Part shown: piece by piece, positions 26,324 to 44,065 of the stretch
Layout of the letters: each line of letters begins with the position of its first letter
How positions within the stretch are numbered: the stretch's first letter is position 1
Assembly (NCBI RefSeq): GCF_009914755.1
Contig: NC_060931.1
DNA: 64,000 bases
From: the human T2T-CHM13v2.0 reference genome, Homo sapiens
Direction: 5' to 3' (one strand)
Position numbers and translations under genes: made by a program
Notes under the pieces: model-generated
What the model saw: only the letters and a program-made list of their open reading frames with translations
What the model was told of the DNA's origin: nothing
The model's database searches: none

Positions 26324-26499
26324 TATCTCACTAAGATTTTAATTTGCATTTCCCTGATGACTAATAATGTTAAGAACATTGTGCTTATTGGCCATTTGCA
26401 TATATTCTTTTGTGAAGTATGTGCCTTCAGATTTTTTTAATCTCCATGGTTTCTTGCCAAGCCAACAAATTTTCTATGCATACAGAAAGGTCATCTATA

Positions 26500-28640
26500 A
26501 TATTAGTTTTCTATTCCTGCTGTAACAAATTACCACAATTAGTGGCTTAAAACAACATGAATTTATTATTTTCAGTTCTGTAGATTAGAAGTCCAACATA
26601 AGTCTCACTGGGCTAAAATCACTGTGTCATTAGGGCTATGTCCATTTCACAAGCAAAATACATTCATTCACCCCCTTCCAAGATCCCCCCAAAGTCTCAA
26701 CACACTGCAGCATCAATTCAAAGTCCAAAATCTCATCTAAATCTCATGGACTCAAAAATCTCAATCTTATTATCAAAATCTAAATTTGGTGTGGGTGAGA
26801 CTCTTGGTATAATCCATCCTGAGGCAAAATTCCTCTCCATCTTCGGACCTACGGAATTAGAAAAGAAATCCCCTGCTCCCAAAATACAAGGACGGGACTG
26901 CCGTAGGATATAGTTACAGATATTCCCATTCAAAATGAAAGAAAGTGAAAGGGAAGACATCATTGGTCCCAAGCAATTCTGAAATCCAGTTAGGCAACCT
27001 GGAATAGGTCTCTGCACGGGCAGAATTCTGTAAAGTTCTCAGTTCCACCCTACAGGACTGCCCTTTTGCCCTCAGAGTCTTCCTTCCTTTTTCATAAAGG
27101 GTAACCAGCGTGTATTTAAAGCTGAGTAGTTTCATCGGCTTGTTTCCTGCCTATAGAATTTGGGGCTCTGATAGCCTTCTTTCACTTCATCCTCTCATTT
27201 CTTTTCTAATTCCATAGGTCCACAGATGAAGAGGAATTTTGCCTCCTCTTTGAGTCTTTCACTTCATCCTCTCTCTCTAGCTCTGAGTTGCTGCTGACGT
27301 AGAATTCTCAAAAACCTTGTGGGTCTACTGTATAAGTACAGAGACTCACTCCATTAGACAAGAGGCTCCTCCACAGATCTTGCCTAGATAATCCCATCTC
27401 TATTTCTGGCTTCTACTTAGATGCTAAGGGAATCTATGAGTCACACCCCTTGATCTCTTCAGTGTTTTGTGTGAGTGAATGCTCTGACCTTTTCATCTTT
27501 CTGAGGTTTCAGCAAAAGGTTGTGCAGTGACTCCTTTGGCTTTTTCTTTAGAGCACGTTTTCCTGACCGTGAAACTCCTGACTTTAGCACCCTTAGCCAC
27601 TTGGGTAGACTAAGAATTTCCAAAATCATCAAGCCCTGGTTCCTTTTTGTTTAACAGGTCTCTTCTTGATTTATTTCTCTACTTTCAATTTTACTATTAG
27701 TGGCAAAAAGAAACTAGGCCATAACTAGGCCATAACTTCAACACTTTGCTTGGAAATCTCTTCAGTTAAACATCCAAGTTCACTGTTTGTAAGTCCTCCT
27801 TTCCATGTAATTGCAGTATACAAGCCTGCTGAGCTTTCTGCCACTATAACAGGGATCCCTTTTCCTCTAATTCCCAACATTTTCCTCTGAGCCAGCACCT
27901 TTAATGCATTTCCACCATCTGTTCACAATGATTTAGGTATTCTCTAAGATGATAAATGTTTTCTCTATCCTGCTGCTCACTTTTTTCTAAGTCTAATAGA
28001 GTCATTAACATCCATATTTCTATTGTCATGGCAATCTAGGCGTTTTCTATCTTGCACCTCAAAATTCTTCCAGATGTGCTCACTGCATAATTCCAAAGCT
28101 ACTTCCACATTTTTAGGTATTTGTTACGGCAGCACCCCACTTCCAGGTACCAAAATCTGCATTAGTCTTCTATTGCTGCTGTAACAAAGTACCACAAACT
28201 TAGAGGAAAATACAACATTCATTTCTTTATCTTACAGTTATAAAAGTTAGAAGTCCAACACTGGTCTCACTGGGCTAAAATCAAGATATCGGTAGGGCTA
28301 CAGTCCTTTCCGGAGGCTAGAAGGGTGAATCCTTGCTTTTTCCAGTCTCTAGAGGTTACCACATTCCTTGACTCATGGCCCTCTTCCCCCATCTCCAAAT
28401 CCAGCAACACTGCATCTCTGACCTTGTTTCCATCATCACATCTCTTACTGACGCCTCTTCTGCATCCCACTTCCATTTTTAAGAAGTGTAGTCCTTAAAG
28501 GGCCCACCTGAATGATCCAAAATAATCTCCCTATCTGCTGTTTTGCAATCTTAATTCCCTTTTGCCATGTAATGTACATATTCACAGGTCCTAGGAATTG
28601 GGACGTGGACATCTTTGGGTCACTATTATCCTGCCTACCA
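26500..28640 (-). mobile_element. MLT1D-like MaLR provirus: partial LTR, internal region and full LTR
   Basis: Two similar LTR ends (TTAG..TTCTATT.CTGCTGTAACAAA...GTCTCACTGGGCTAAAATCA) at about 26500 and 28160 flank MaLR-internal-like sequence. Confidence 0.75.
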
Positions 28641-29527
28641 CAACTACTAATCACTTAAAATGAACTATTAATAGAAATACACCATAATTCAAGGTAGCCT
28701 AGCAAAACTCAGAGGCAAGTATTGACAGCGCTAAAAGAAACAAACAAAAAACTCTCAGTCAACAACTAATTTATTTTAAAATTTTCAAAATATTAGTGAA
28801 TCTAGCAATCTAACTGAAGGTTTTCTGGGTTTTTTTGTTCATTTGTTTGTTTTTTTACTTGTGGTAGACACCATTAGTTAACTAATCCGACATCCATTTT
28901 CAACCCCTTCTCCCTTTTCTGTCCCTAATACTTGGGCTATAAAATACTAAATACTCACTTTCCTGGCTTCCTAAGGATAGTCATATAACACAGTTGTGCC
29001 AAGTGAAATCTAAAAATTGCCTTGGGAAAAGATATTAGATTCCTGATGAAAGAGGCAGATGGTGTGGCCTTCCCTGGCTTCCTTCCCAGGACCCCTCTAG
29101 CCTTGAATATGGTACATTGCCAGTAATTTGGGCATCTATTTTGCAACAATGGAGAATGTCCAAAGAATTCAAGAGACACTACCCTGACACTGCTGAATGA
29201 CTGAGCCAACACCAGCTACTCCAAGCCTCTAGACTTACGATTATATGAGAAAAAATAAACTCCCATCTTGTTTATGTCACTGTTTACATCTGCTTTTCTG
29301 TTATTTTCAGCTGAAAGCTTTCCTAATTGAAACTACATTCCATACTACTACTGGTTAAACACAAGCACCCTCCTCTACAATTTATTATGTTATACAAAAC
29401 CAGATTCACTTCAATGAGTTATAGTAATTAAAAAGGCAACTATTTTAAAAATAATGTTCATTACACACTTAGAACTACAAATTATATATACTTATTCTAG
29501 GACATTTGCAAATTATAAAAAGTTTAA

Positions 29528-30107
<580 letters not shown>

Positions 30108-31160
30108 AATTTTTTTGTATTTTTAGTAGAGAAGGAGTTTCACCATGTTGGCCAGGTTGGTCTTGTCCTGACCTCAGATGATCCACCTGCGTCGGCCTCC
30201 CAAAGTGCTGGGATTACAGGCATGAGCCACCATGTCTGGCACATAAAATGTTCTTTAAAGTGAGACTATATGGAATACGTAGATTGACTCCAACCCCCAT
30301 TTAGCACTTTATGAAGACTTATTTATATCAGATGTTTCAAAAATATCTCCAAATTTTAAAATATTTTATAATATGATGATATGGTTAATTAAATAATTTT
30401 ATCAATGGTAGACACGTAAGTTGTTTGTCCTTTTTTCTACTGTAAATGGTGTTGCAACAAACATCAATATATATAAGTTTTTCTGTGTTATGTCTGATTA
30501 TTTTCCAAGGATAGTTCCACAGATGTGGCCTTACTAGGTCAAAGGGATAAAGCCTTTCAATTATTCAATAAATGTTGCTAAATTACTTTCTAGAAAAATT
30601 GAATCAATTTATTACTCTGTCTCCTTTGTACAAGAGTATGTCTCCCTTACACAAGTACTGAATGCTGCCTGTTTGCTTTTTTGCCATTTTGATGAGTAAA
30701 AAATATTATACCTCATTCTTGAATTTTTAATTTATGTTTTTTGGTTACTAGTGAGAACGACTATCTAAAGACGTTTAGATCCTTTATATTGGTTATTTGA
30801 TGAATTATCACTTGTTTCTTTTTAAAAGTTCTTTATATATTACAGATGCTAGCCTTTGATGTATTTGTTGTAAATATTTTATTTCAGTGCACGTTATCTT
30901 TTACTTTTTAGTTTTATCCATTTTTATGAAAATTTTGATGCACTCAAATCTATCAGTATTATCTTTTGTAACTTCTTCCTTTGCTTTATCAGATAAGGAT
31001 GGCTTTCACATGATGAAAACTTCATTTTAGAAAAGAATGCTTTAAGATATTATATTCTTTTAAATTCCTATTGGCTTTCTTATGGTCAAAAAATGAAATC
31101 AACAGAAAGCAAACAGCAAATATATAAGTATCTCATCCTAGATTTTGACCATTTACATAC

Positions 31161-31240
31161 CTGCTTGTGACAATTATCACATCCTCAGAGATGGTAGCCA
31201 TTTCTTTGATGGTAAGGTAGCACATTCTCCTCAATGTTTG
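31161..31240 (-). CDS. COPG2: COPG2 exon 5, [27 protein letters not shown]
   Basis: TTTTTCAG acceptor, 80 nt, AG|GTATGT donor; gamma-[14 protein letters not shown] and EDVIIVTSS motifs. No further COPG2 exon was recognised in 1-31160. Confidence 0.97.
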
Positions 31241-31519
31241 CTGAAAAATCATTTATAAAAGGTAACAGATTATTGATTAGGAAATGGTTTTTTAAATTAT
31301 TTGAAGTGAGGACCCCAAGTAGATATATATTTTAGAAAGATATTCTTTAAAAGAGTCTCATCTACCAAAAAAAAAAATTAATATCTGGGTGAGAAACTAT
31401 TCAGAATACTAATATTTCCTAAACACAACTGATGCATTGACACAATAGGTAAAAACTTAAAAATTCAATTATATGGATCTTTCTACTGAGAGATACAAAC
31501 TTAGACTATGATAGCTTGA

Positions 31520-31750
<231 letters not shown>

Positions 31751-34539
31751 TAAAGGCTCATTCCTGGAAAATGTGCAAACTCTGCACTTTCCTCAGTTCA
31801 GTGTATACCAATGTTTCCTCCTGAACCCTAAATGAGATTTCTAGATGAATACCTGGATCCAAGTAAGTACTAAGCTAACAATGCTCCACCTACTCTCCCC
31901 GACTCAACTGGATCTCTGATTTATTCATACACTATGGATAAATGGGCAGCAGCCAGACACCAGGTTCCTCTAGTCTGTCCAGCCTCATCCCTTACTGAGT
32001 AACCTCAAATTTCTTTTAAGTAGAGAAACCCAAATACATCAGACGCAGCTCCAGAGTCCAAGCTATGGAGAAAACCTTGATACTACTGAACCCATTAAGG
32101 AAAGAAAAGAGAGTGAGGATCCTCGTGGTGATTAAAAACAGAAAAAAAACACACACAGAAAGCCAGTATAGGCACACACATGGGGCAGATCAAAGCTACT
32201 ATGAGAAGAAAACAAAAAATAAGAATCAAAATTTCAGGAACACCCCACCCCAATTTAAAGAAAAAAAAAGTTCTGTGAGAAGCAGAAGAAAACTAGAGAT
32301 ACGAAAAAAATTTCATTAAAACACAAAAAATGGGGGCTCAACATTATTAGTCATCAGGGAAATGAAAATTACTTATCCAATGAAAAATTAAAACCACGTT
32401 TCAGAAACTACCTCACACCCACCAAAATGGTGAAAATTCAAAAGACAAACAACACAAAATGTTGGCCAAAAATGTGCTCTTAACCACTAAAACATACTGC
32501 ATAAACAAATACACAGAAATGCTGAATAAAATCAGAACAAAAATTTTAAATGTGTAGCCAAGGACAAAATAAAGAGAAATTCACAGATGCTAGAAATGAA
32601 GACAACCAAACATTCACAGCCACAGAAGGATCTTACTGGCATGGAATATAGTATCTAACATCTACCAAAATGAGGTTCTAAAAGGTATATTCTTCAAGCA
32701 CAAGGAAAATCATTCCAGAGTAACTCAGAAATAGAGCAAGGAATGAAGAGTTTTTAAAAAGTGCTAAAGACAGGAGTAAGTCACAATGAGCAAACAAGAC
32801 TCACAAGAAAATGATGGCATAGAATATATTAATGTAAATGTGCACGTGTGTATGTATATATACACATATGTTGATATACTCATATACGTATAAGGAATCA
32901 GAGTATCCTAAGACTCTCGAATTTCCCATGAGTAGGGAAAACACAAAGATGAGTATTCGATTTTGATAAGTCAAAAACCCATTGCAATTTTGAATATAAA
33001 CAATAAAAAAACTTCCAAAGTATTACCCCACAGGTTGCTGATGCTCTGTTTATTTCTACTCTGTCTTTTTTTCCTCTCTGCTTTATTTTGGACTTCTACT
33101 GCTGTCTTCAATGACCCTGGGTTTTTTTGTTTGTTTGTTTGTCCTACATCTCTAATTTGCTATTAACCCCATGCAGTGTAGTTTTCATTTTATATATTTC
33201 TTTTCTTTTTTTTTAATTTTTGGGAAGTGTATTTGGATCTCTTTGTATCTCTCCTATTTTATGCTTTATTCTTGTTATGCCTTTCTTTACAACTTAAGCA
33301 TATAGATCATGTTAATAGTTGTTTTAATGACATCATCTGCTCATTCCATCACCTTTACCATTTCTGGGTTTGTGTCTGCTGATCCATTTTTCTCCTGTTT
33401 ATAGATAATATTTCCTGTTTATTTGCATATCTGATAATTTATTAGATGCTGCACATTGTGAAGTTTATTTTGGTGTATGATCTTAAATAGTATTGAACTC
33501 TATTCTGTCGTGAGGGAAGGTTAACCAGGACTAGTTTGTTTGTTTTTTTTTCACTTTGAGGCTTACTTACAGGCTTTTTAAAGTTTTAGTGTAAGGTTAT
33601 AGTATATTCCCATTACTTAGGTAATAATTACTTATGAATGGTTTCCTTTTGAGAACTATACCAGATGTCTTATGCAATAGAAGGTCTTTCCACTCTCACT
33701 GGTGGGAATACAAACTATTCTGAGTTCTGTGTTTTTCGGATTCTTTCCTTAGCTTTGAGTAGTTTCCTTTTTTACACACACAGATCAGTTTTTACTTAAC
33801 CAAAGACTCCAGGGATAGTCCTCAACAGATCATGGAATCCCTCCCTCTCCTCCTTCCTTCTCTCCCCGCCCCTCTTTTTTCTCTCCAGCTCCTTCTTCTT
33901 TGGTATTCTGCTTCACAAATTCGAGCTTTCCTGGCTCCCAACCTCCATTCGTTTTCTCAACTCTGAGAGAGAACTAGGCCTGTAATCTGTTTCTGGGCCA
34001 TGATCTAGTACAATCCTAGGGCTGACCTAGTTTCCCTTCTTCAGATCACAGTCCTGGGATGCCTATTATCCAATATCTGAAAACTGTTATGTCATAAATT
34101 TTGTTTGATTTTCTAGGTATTTATAGTAGCAGGGTAAATCCAGTCCATTTACTTTATCATGGCTGTAAACAAAACAGAAAAATGTTCTTACTATCAAAAT
34201 AAATGGCATTTTATCTAGTTATTCTTTTTTTATTAATTTCCAACACTATCCCATTGTAAATAAAGAACACAGTCTATATGATTTCAATCCTTTGAAATGT
34301 GTTGTGTCTTGCTTTATGGCTCAATATACAATCAACTTTTTGTAAATGATCTTTGTGCTCTTCATTTACATTTAATGTGGATAATGATATATTTGGGTCT
34401 ATATCTACCAGGTCATTATAAGATTTATGTTTGTCCTATTTGATCTATGTTTCTCTTCCTCTTTTTTTCCCCTTCTTTTGGTTTGATTTTTTAGCTTTTT
34501 TTTTTCTTTTCGCACAATTAGTTTGGAAGAGAAAAATAA

Positions 34540-36960
34540 TTAATTTTTAAAAAAATCAATGAAACAGAAAGCTGGTTCTATGACAAGATCAATAAAGTTT
34601 ATAAATCCCTAGACAAGCTTCCTAGAAATAAAAGAGAGAAAATACAATTTACCAATATCAGAATGAAGGAAGAGATACCACTAAGGATTCTGCAGACATT
34701 AAAAGAATGGAGGAATATTATGAAGAGCTTTATGCCAAGTTCAACAATTTAACTGAAATTCCTTGAAAGATACAAACTACCAGAGTACACTCAAGAAGAC
34801 AAATAACCTGAATGGCATCATATATACATTTTTTAAATGAAGTTAATTAACCCCGAAAAGCCTTCCCACTAAGAAGACAGCTGCAATAGTGAACTCTAAC
34901 AAACATTTAAGGAGATCACAAGAAAAAGGTCAATATATAAAAGTTCATTTAATTCTAGAGACTACCAATAAACAATACAAATACAAAAGCATCAAAACAT
35001 ACTATCTACTTTAGGGGTAAATTTCACAAAATATGTGCAAGACTTGTACACTGAAAACTATAAAATACTGCAGACAGAAGTTAGAGAGACTTGAATAAAG
35101 GGATATATACCATGTTTGTGAAGCAGAAAACTCAATAGTGCTATAATGTCCATTCTCCTAAAATTGCTCTTTAGATTTAATGCAAGCCCCACCAAAGTTC
35201 CAGCAGCATTTTTATATCTATATAAAAAGATTATATTATATATAATATAACCTTGTCTATTTCTAGATATCTACATATTTCTATATTATCTATATATAAT
35301 ATAGATATTTAAAATCCATATGGAAATGCAAAGGGCCCAAAAGAACCAAAACAATTTTGAAAAATAGAAAGATTTGCACTATAAAACTTACTATAGATTT
35401 TAAACCTATAGTTAATCAAGACAGCATAGAGCTAAAGTAAGAACAGACATATAGGTCAATGAGACAAAATAATGTGCCAATGTGCCAATGTAACTCAATC
35501 ATCTTCATCATCTCCTCCCCCTCCTCCCCTTTCTCCTTCCATATGGATATTCAATTGTTCCAGAACCATGTGTTGAGAAAATGAAGAAGGAAGAAAAGGA
35601 AGAGGCAGTGGATGGAGGAAGAGAAAAGAGGTGAAAAGAAACCAACCATTACTTTATACCATATACAAAAATCAATATGAAATGGATCATAAGGTAATTG
35701 ATATAAAACTACAAACACCCAGAAAAAAAGCACAGGAGAAAATCGTTGTCCCCTTCGGTTAAGGAAAGATTTCTATGATATGACATAAAAAGCATCACCT
35801 GTAACAGAAAAAAATTTGATAAACTGGACTTCATCAAAATTTAAAACTTCTGCCCTTTGAAAGACTTTAACAAAATAAAAACATAAGCCATATACTGAGA
35901 GACAATAATTGTGAAACATATCTGATAAAGGATTTGTATCCAGAATGCATAAAGACCTCTTAAAACTCAATAATAAGAAAATAAACAATCCAATTTTTTT
36001 AATGGGCAAAAGATATTAACAAATCCTTCACCAACAGAAGATATACGGAAGGTAAAAATACAAATGAAAAGATGTTTGAGATCATCAGTCATTGGAAAAA
36101 TGCAAATTTAAGTCACAAAGGGATACCATTATACACCTATCAGAATAGCTAAAATTAAAAACAAAAATAAAAACGACAATACAAAGTGCTGGCCAGAATG
36201 CAGAGCAAACTGCTGCTCTCATACAGTGATGGCGGGAATGATTACAAATATTTTAGAAAAATGGGTTGGTAGTTTCTTACAAAGTTAAACATACCATACC
36301 TACATATGGCCCAGCAATCCCACTCCCAGGCATTTATCCAAAAGAAATAAAAATGTATGTTCATCCAAAAATCAAAACATGAATGTTTATAGCAATGTTG
36401 TTTATAATCACCAAAAACTGGTAACAAGCCAAATATCCTTCAACTGGCAAACAGATAAACAGAGGTACATCCATTCAATGGAATACGACGACAAAATAAA
36501 AATAAACTACTGATACAAACAATAATATGGATGAATCTCACATGCATTATGCTAAGTAACTGAAAAGAAACTCAAAAAAGGCTTCATACAGTATGATATC
36601 ATTCATATGACTTCCTGGAAAAGGCAAATTTATAAGGACAGAAAGGAGATAGATTGCCAGGGGCTGAGGGAGGCAAGGAGAAACAGATGATAAAGAGACA
36701 CGGGGGAACTTTTTGAGGAGATGGAAATGTTCTAAACCTCAATTGTGGTGGTGATAACACCACTATATGTGTTTGTCAAAGCTCATAGAATGATACCCTA
36801 AAAAGGATGAATTTTACCGCATGTAAAACTACACTTAAAAAAAAAATAATAGTCCAGTAAATGAAAAGGCAAGCCACAGACTGGGAGGAAATATTTACAA
36901 AACATCTGTCTGATAAAGGACTTCTATCCAGAATACATAAAGAAACTTATAACTCAGTAA
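34540..36960 (+). mobile_element. L1MB/L1MC-type ORF2 and 3' fragments
   Basis: A-rich plus strand with L1 ORF2 motifs (e.g. GGACTTCATCAAAATTTAAAACTTCTG, CCCAGCAATCCCACTCC). Confidence 0.8.
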
Positions 36961-38475
<1,515 letters not shown>

Positions 38476-38619
38476 TCATTAAAACTAATCACATCATGCT
38501 GTACATGGCTACTTACCTCAGTCACTACAAAAAGCCTAAAATACTCTGGTCATTATTCATAACCTGCAGACTTATTCCTTGCATCTGGGTACAGCACCTC
38601 GTCTGACTCCATTTTCCAC

Positions 38620-39480
38620 CCTTCTAATCAGCGCCATTATATTCTCTGACACTTTCATCAGCAAAATCCCCTATATTCTCAAACTCTTCTCTGAATGTTC
38701 CCATCTTTTTCTTTAACTGAAACCTGGTTCTCTCCCAGGGATCCTCCTGCAACCCTCTGAAATAGCAGCTGTTTTCTCTCCCATAACCCTCATACCACCA
38801 GGCCTACAGGTGGGGAAGCTTATGCCTTTATACTATGTCACCTGCTACCATTGCTGGTTGTCCATTAAACCCCAGGTCACTTCCCTTATTTTTAAAAAAT
38901 ACCAGTACCTTGTTCACTGTCTCTCCAGTGCAATCCCAGTAATAAGTATTGGTGATTTTAATATCCATACAGATGGTATCTCTAAACCTCTGACCTCTTC
39001 ATTCCTCGACCTCCTCTTCTCCAATGATGCCATCCTCCCTACAATGATCACCCACTGCCACAGCCTATCAGTAACAGCATCCCTTTCTAATTTCATTCCC
39101 AAGCACTCACACTCCTGACTCCAAACTTCTTTCACTCTCTCTTGACCTACAATCCACTGGTTCTACCAACTTTTTGCTGTCCCTGTCAGCCCGTTCTTGC
39201 TTCCCTCCTAACCGAAGATTCCACAGTCGATGTTCCAACCACTCAACTTTTTTGCTTCTCCCTCTGTTCACTAACCTGGCAAAACTTCAATCCTGATTAA
39301 ATCCTATCTCTAAGCCTTCAGTGCTTTAACCTGCAGGCTGTAGCTGGAGAAAAACATTCACCATGTAGCTGGAGAAAAACATTGGTAATACTTTAAATTC
39401 ATAAGCACTAACTTCAACAGGCTATTAGTCCTATCGAACAATCCTACATTTCCCTAATCCATTTCCTAGAAGACAATTTC
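38620..39480 (+). mobile_element. L2 LINE endonuclease-region fragment
   Basis: ORF 38810..39118 contains IGDFNIH..FLDLLFSN; upstream TTAACTGAAACCTGG encodes LTETW. Confidence 0.7.
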
Positions 39481-39599
39481 ATATCTTCTTTTCTTAATAT
39501 AAACCTCTGTGCTACAGGCTTCAAAAGTTTGTCCTCATCCTTTTTCTTTCTTACTCTGCTTCCTTTTCTCCACTACATGTCCAGCTTTTCTTCCCAACT

Positions 39600-41060
39600 G
39601 CCAGCCCTCTGAGTAACAGCAGCCTTGGGAAGACACCTGGCTGCAAAAACAAAGCCACAAAAGAGGCAATAGCCTTCCATGACTTATGTAACAGCCTCCC
39701 TCTGAACCCTACTCCAGCAGCTCAACCTGCCTAGTTTTCTAGTCTAATTCCTCTAATAAACACCTAATTCCACAATACTCATAGTGGTTCTGTTTCCCTG
39801 TCTGAACCCTGAATTTCTGCTACAGGAAGTGGTTAAAAGAAGTCCTTAAAGATATGAACCTGAAGTTGCTTCTCTGATTTGATTGAAGGTATTAATGACC
39901 AGTTTCCAATGGTAAAGGGGCTACTAGTAGTCCACGGCATGCAGTGGCAAAATATTTAAAATCATCATCTGCAGACAAGGACCTACAGAAGACAAAGCCT
40001 TGGGTAACTAACTAGTTGATGCCATAGAAGATTTTAGTAAAAATAAGTTGTATAATGGGTTAATTAGTTGTTTCTAGGTACACTGGATAATTCTTTTCTC
40101 AGGAAAAGAAAATGATGAGCTCGGAGTTTTAAAAGCACTACTCAAATCTGGGTAAGGGGGCCAGAAATCTATAACTGCCTTCATAGAAAGCCTTATATCA
40201 TGTGGCTACAGGGCTGAGACTTCTACAAAGTATATCCTGCAGGTGGCTCAGTTACAATGCAAATTGAATTCACACTCTTGCAGGACATCTTATGTTAAAG
40301 TTAGGACCTTGACTGGCAAGGAATGGGGCCCTGAAAAGTAGAATGAAGATATATGGACAGACTCTGATGAAGCCAAGTACCCCGAACTCCTAAATTCTGT
40401 GACATCTTCTGCTAGTAGAAGCATCAGTCCTTTATCCCATATGTGAGGAAATTAGTCTTCCTTTGCCTGTAGAGTATATAATGGCCTCCCCTGAAACAGC
40501 TGCCTTACAGGGGACTGCTGATCTTCCTGAAGATCTACTCCTAAAACCTCTCATTATTTAGATCCATAACAAGACTCAAATCTCAAGAGGTTCTGGGGGT
40601 TGACACAAAATGTGACATGTGATGATATGCAATACATACCAAAAAACTGCAGGATTTGGCCAATTTATGTTAATGGAAAGCTGGAAAATACATATCCCAG
40701 AATTACCTTCCCTGTATGGTTCTGCCTTAGAGCTAGGCAAAAGAAAAATGTACACAACACTTAGAAGACAGACAAAAAGCAGCAGCTGTATGTTCTGAAG
40801 GTCAGGGTGGCCTAAGGTAATGAGAGGCAGGTTTAGTTTGTACTCATTTTTCTTTTTCCTTATTCTATTCCTTATTCCCCTTCCCCACTCCACATCCAGC
40901 TCTTCTTCTCAACTGCCAGCACTGCTGACTAACAGCAATCCCAGGCCCACCAGAAACTTGACTAAGAACTGACAAATGTGGTAGCTATGTGCACTGACTT
41001 CTTTATCAGTCCACCTTCACAGTGTCATGCCAGAAGCTAGGTATTAACAGTCTTTATGAC
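39600..41060 (+). mobile_element. ERVL-class LTR, decayed gag-like internal segment and further LTR-like sequence
   Basis: LTR end AATAAA...GAACCCTGA near 39755-39812; gag-like ENDEL...LQVAQLQCKLNS...VKVRTLTGKEWGPEK in 40110-40370. Confidence 0.7.
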
Positions 41061-41270
41061 TTCACGGTAGATCTGCAGGGAAAAGTTTTACACTGCATAC
41101 TTTAATTCTTCCATTTTCACGTCTTATAATGAATATTTATAAGTTTTATAAGCAGTTAAATAATTTAAAACATTTCAAGCAATGCTCCCTAATTTAGAAC
41201 ACTCTTAGTTCCCTGGGGAAAATAAATAAAAGGAGGTTTTTCATCGTAAAAAAAATTTAAAAAGACTTAC

Positions 41271-41342
41271 ATCATTAGATTGAAACAATCGCGTCATTGC
41301 AAAGAAGGCTTCTGTAGCTTCCGTTGTTCCAAAGTGTTCACC
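41271..41342 (-). CDS. COPG2: COPG2 exon 4, [24 protein letters not shown]
   Basis: TAG acceptor, 72 nt, GTAAGT donor; gamma-[13 protein letters not shown] motif. Confidence 0.97.
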
Positions 41343-41924
41343 CTAAGTAAAATTTAAAACAATTTTTAAATTTTAAAAAGTGTATATTCATATATATGTA
41401 CATATACACACACAGGATTTTCTATTTCTGCAAAAATCCTTTAGAACTCAAGAAAAAAGAATCTCTTTGTAAACATTCTGCCTCTGCAATTTTTCTGGCT
41501 TTCAATGTATAAACCCACATAGCCATTTATCCCCCCTTATTTAAAATAATTCAGTATCGCATACCATGCTTAAAAGTTCTGGCATAGTGATCTCTAAACT
41601 TTTAGTAGAAAGTATCTGAAATTTTCCTGAAGTATTGTAGTTTACAAGGAGGGAGAAAATTACAGCACTCACAATAGGACATTATTATTACACTGCCTAA
41701 GAGCAGAGATCATATCTATAATGCCCAGCACAATGCCTAACATGTCATGGGAGCATAATAAATATTAAAATATAAGGAACTATCTATTCAGAATCTCAGC
41801 AAAATGGCAAGAAGGGGACCAACCAAAAGGGCAGGAACCAGATTCATCATATTAAAAAACTAGGCTTAAGGGGCTGCTATGTAGCTCAATATTGGTTCAA
41901 GCCCCTAAAAACATGCTTTGGATC

Positions 41925-42410
<486 letters not shown>

Positions 42411-43202
42411 AGTGTTAGATAACGTATTTCAAAACATCTCAAATCATAGATTACCTCAAATATTACCATTTCAATATTTAATGTCTTCACTAAAAGCAAT
42501 CCTATATAATACGTTACACTCAATCACTTTTCAGAGCTTCAGATTCCACATAAAATATAACTAGTCTTCAATCTATTTGCCATAGGTATAAGAATAAATT
42601 TTGGTGAAAAATACTGACAGTTTAGGATGAAAGACAAAGTACAATAAGTTTATACTTACTTAAATCAGTGTATCCAGCCTGCTCATCAGCATGAGATTTA
42701 TCTTTCTTTCACAACTATTTACTGAATACCCAGAAGTCTGTGTGCTTTTTAGTTATACAGGAAAACCTTACATCCTACTTTTTTACTTGAAACTCAGAAA
42801 ACACATGGATATGTCAACTCTCATAGAAATTCAAAAGTATCTTTCTATAAAGCTCTACCAAGTTCTAGGCAAAGAGATAAAATTTATGTTCCCAAACCTG
42901 TTTATATAGTTAATTGTGTTTATGCTGTGCTTGGTAATTTCCTTATCAAGATAATTAAATGTTTCAACATGAGTTGCCTCATTGAAGAGGTAATGACCAA
43001 CATAAAAATACATGTTACTCTCAATCAACTTTGACTATTCAAAACTTTTGTTTATACAATGGATTTGGCCAACTTAGACACAATGTGTGCTATGAAAAGT
43101 TAAACCCAATTGACTATGCTTTAAATGTTTCTCATATGCTGACACAGAGGGATTATGTTGTTTGTGAACAGATATATTTTATTTAAAACTATGTGTTTGA
43201 TG

Positions 43203-43568
<366 letters not shown>

Positions 43569-43710
43569 TCACAAAACAAAGTAAAGATAATATATTCTCT
43601 TAGAATTCAAATTGGAAACCATGGTTATCTTAGCACCATATGTAAACCACCTGAGGTATATGGTATATATGTATGTTTTATGTGTCCGTCTGTATGTGTA
43701 TAGACATATA

Positions 43711-44065
43711 TAGTCAGCCCTCCATAACCATGAGTTCTGAATGTGTGGATTCAACCAGGCTCAGATTGAAAATATTCAAGGAAAAAAAAAACTATGTTTG
43801 TACTGAACACGTACAGATGGTTTTTTGTCATTATTCCCTAAACAATACAGCACAACAACTATTTACACAGCACTAACATTGCACCAGGTATTGTAATCTA
43901 GAGATTATAGTCTAAGTATTATAATCACAGAGACAACTTATATATGGGAGGATATGTGTAGGTTATATGCAAATACTACACCATTTGTATGAGGGACTTG
44001 AGCATCTATGGACTTTAGTATCCAATGGAGGTCCTGGAACCAATTCCCCACTGATACTGAGGGAA
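43711..44065. mobile_element. MER2/Tigger3-type MITE
   Basis: Ends CAGCCCTCCATAACC...GGATTCAACC and GGTCCTGGAACCAATTCCCC...GATACTGAGGGA. Confidence 0.75.

Noticed and set aside
39339-39383. Short tandem duplication TGTAGCTGGAGAAAAACATT (others near 27713 and 35472)
   Set aside because: Ordinary slippage duplications within old repeats.
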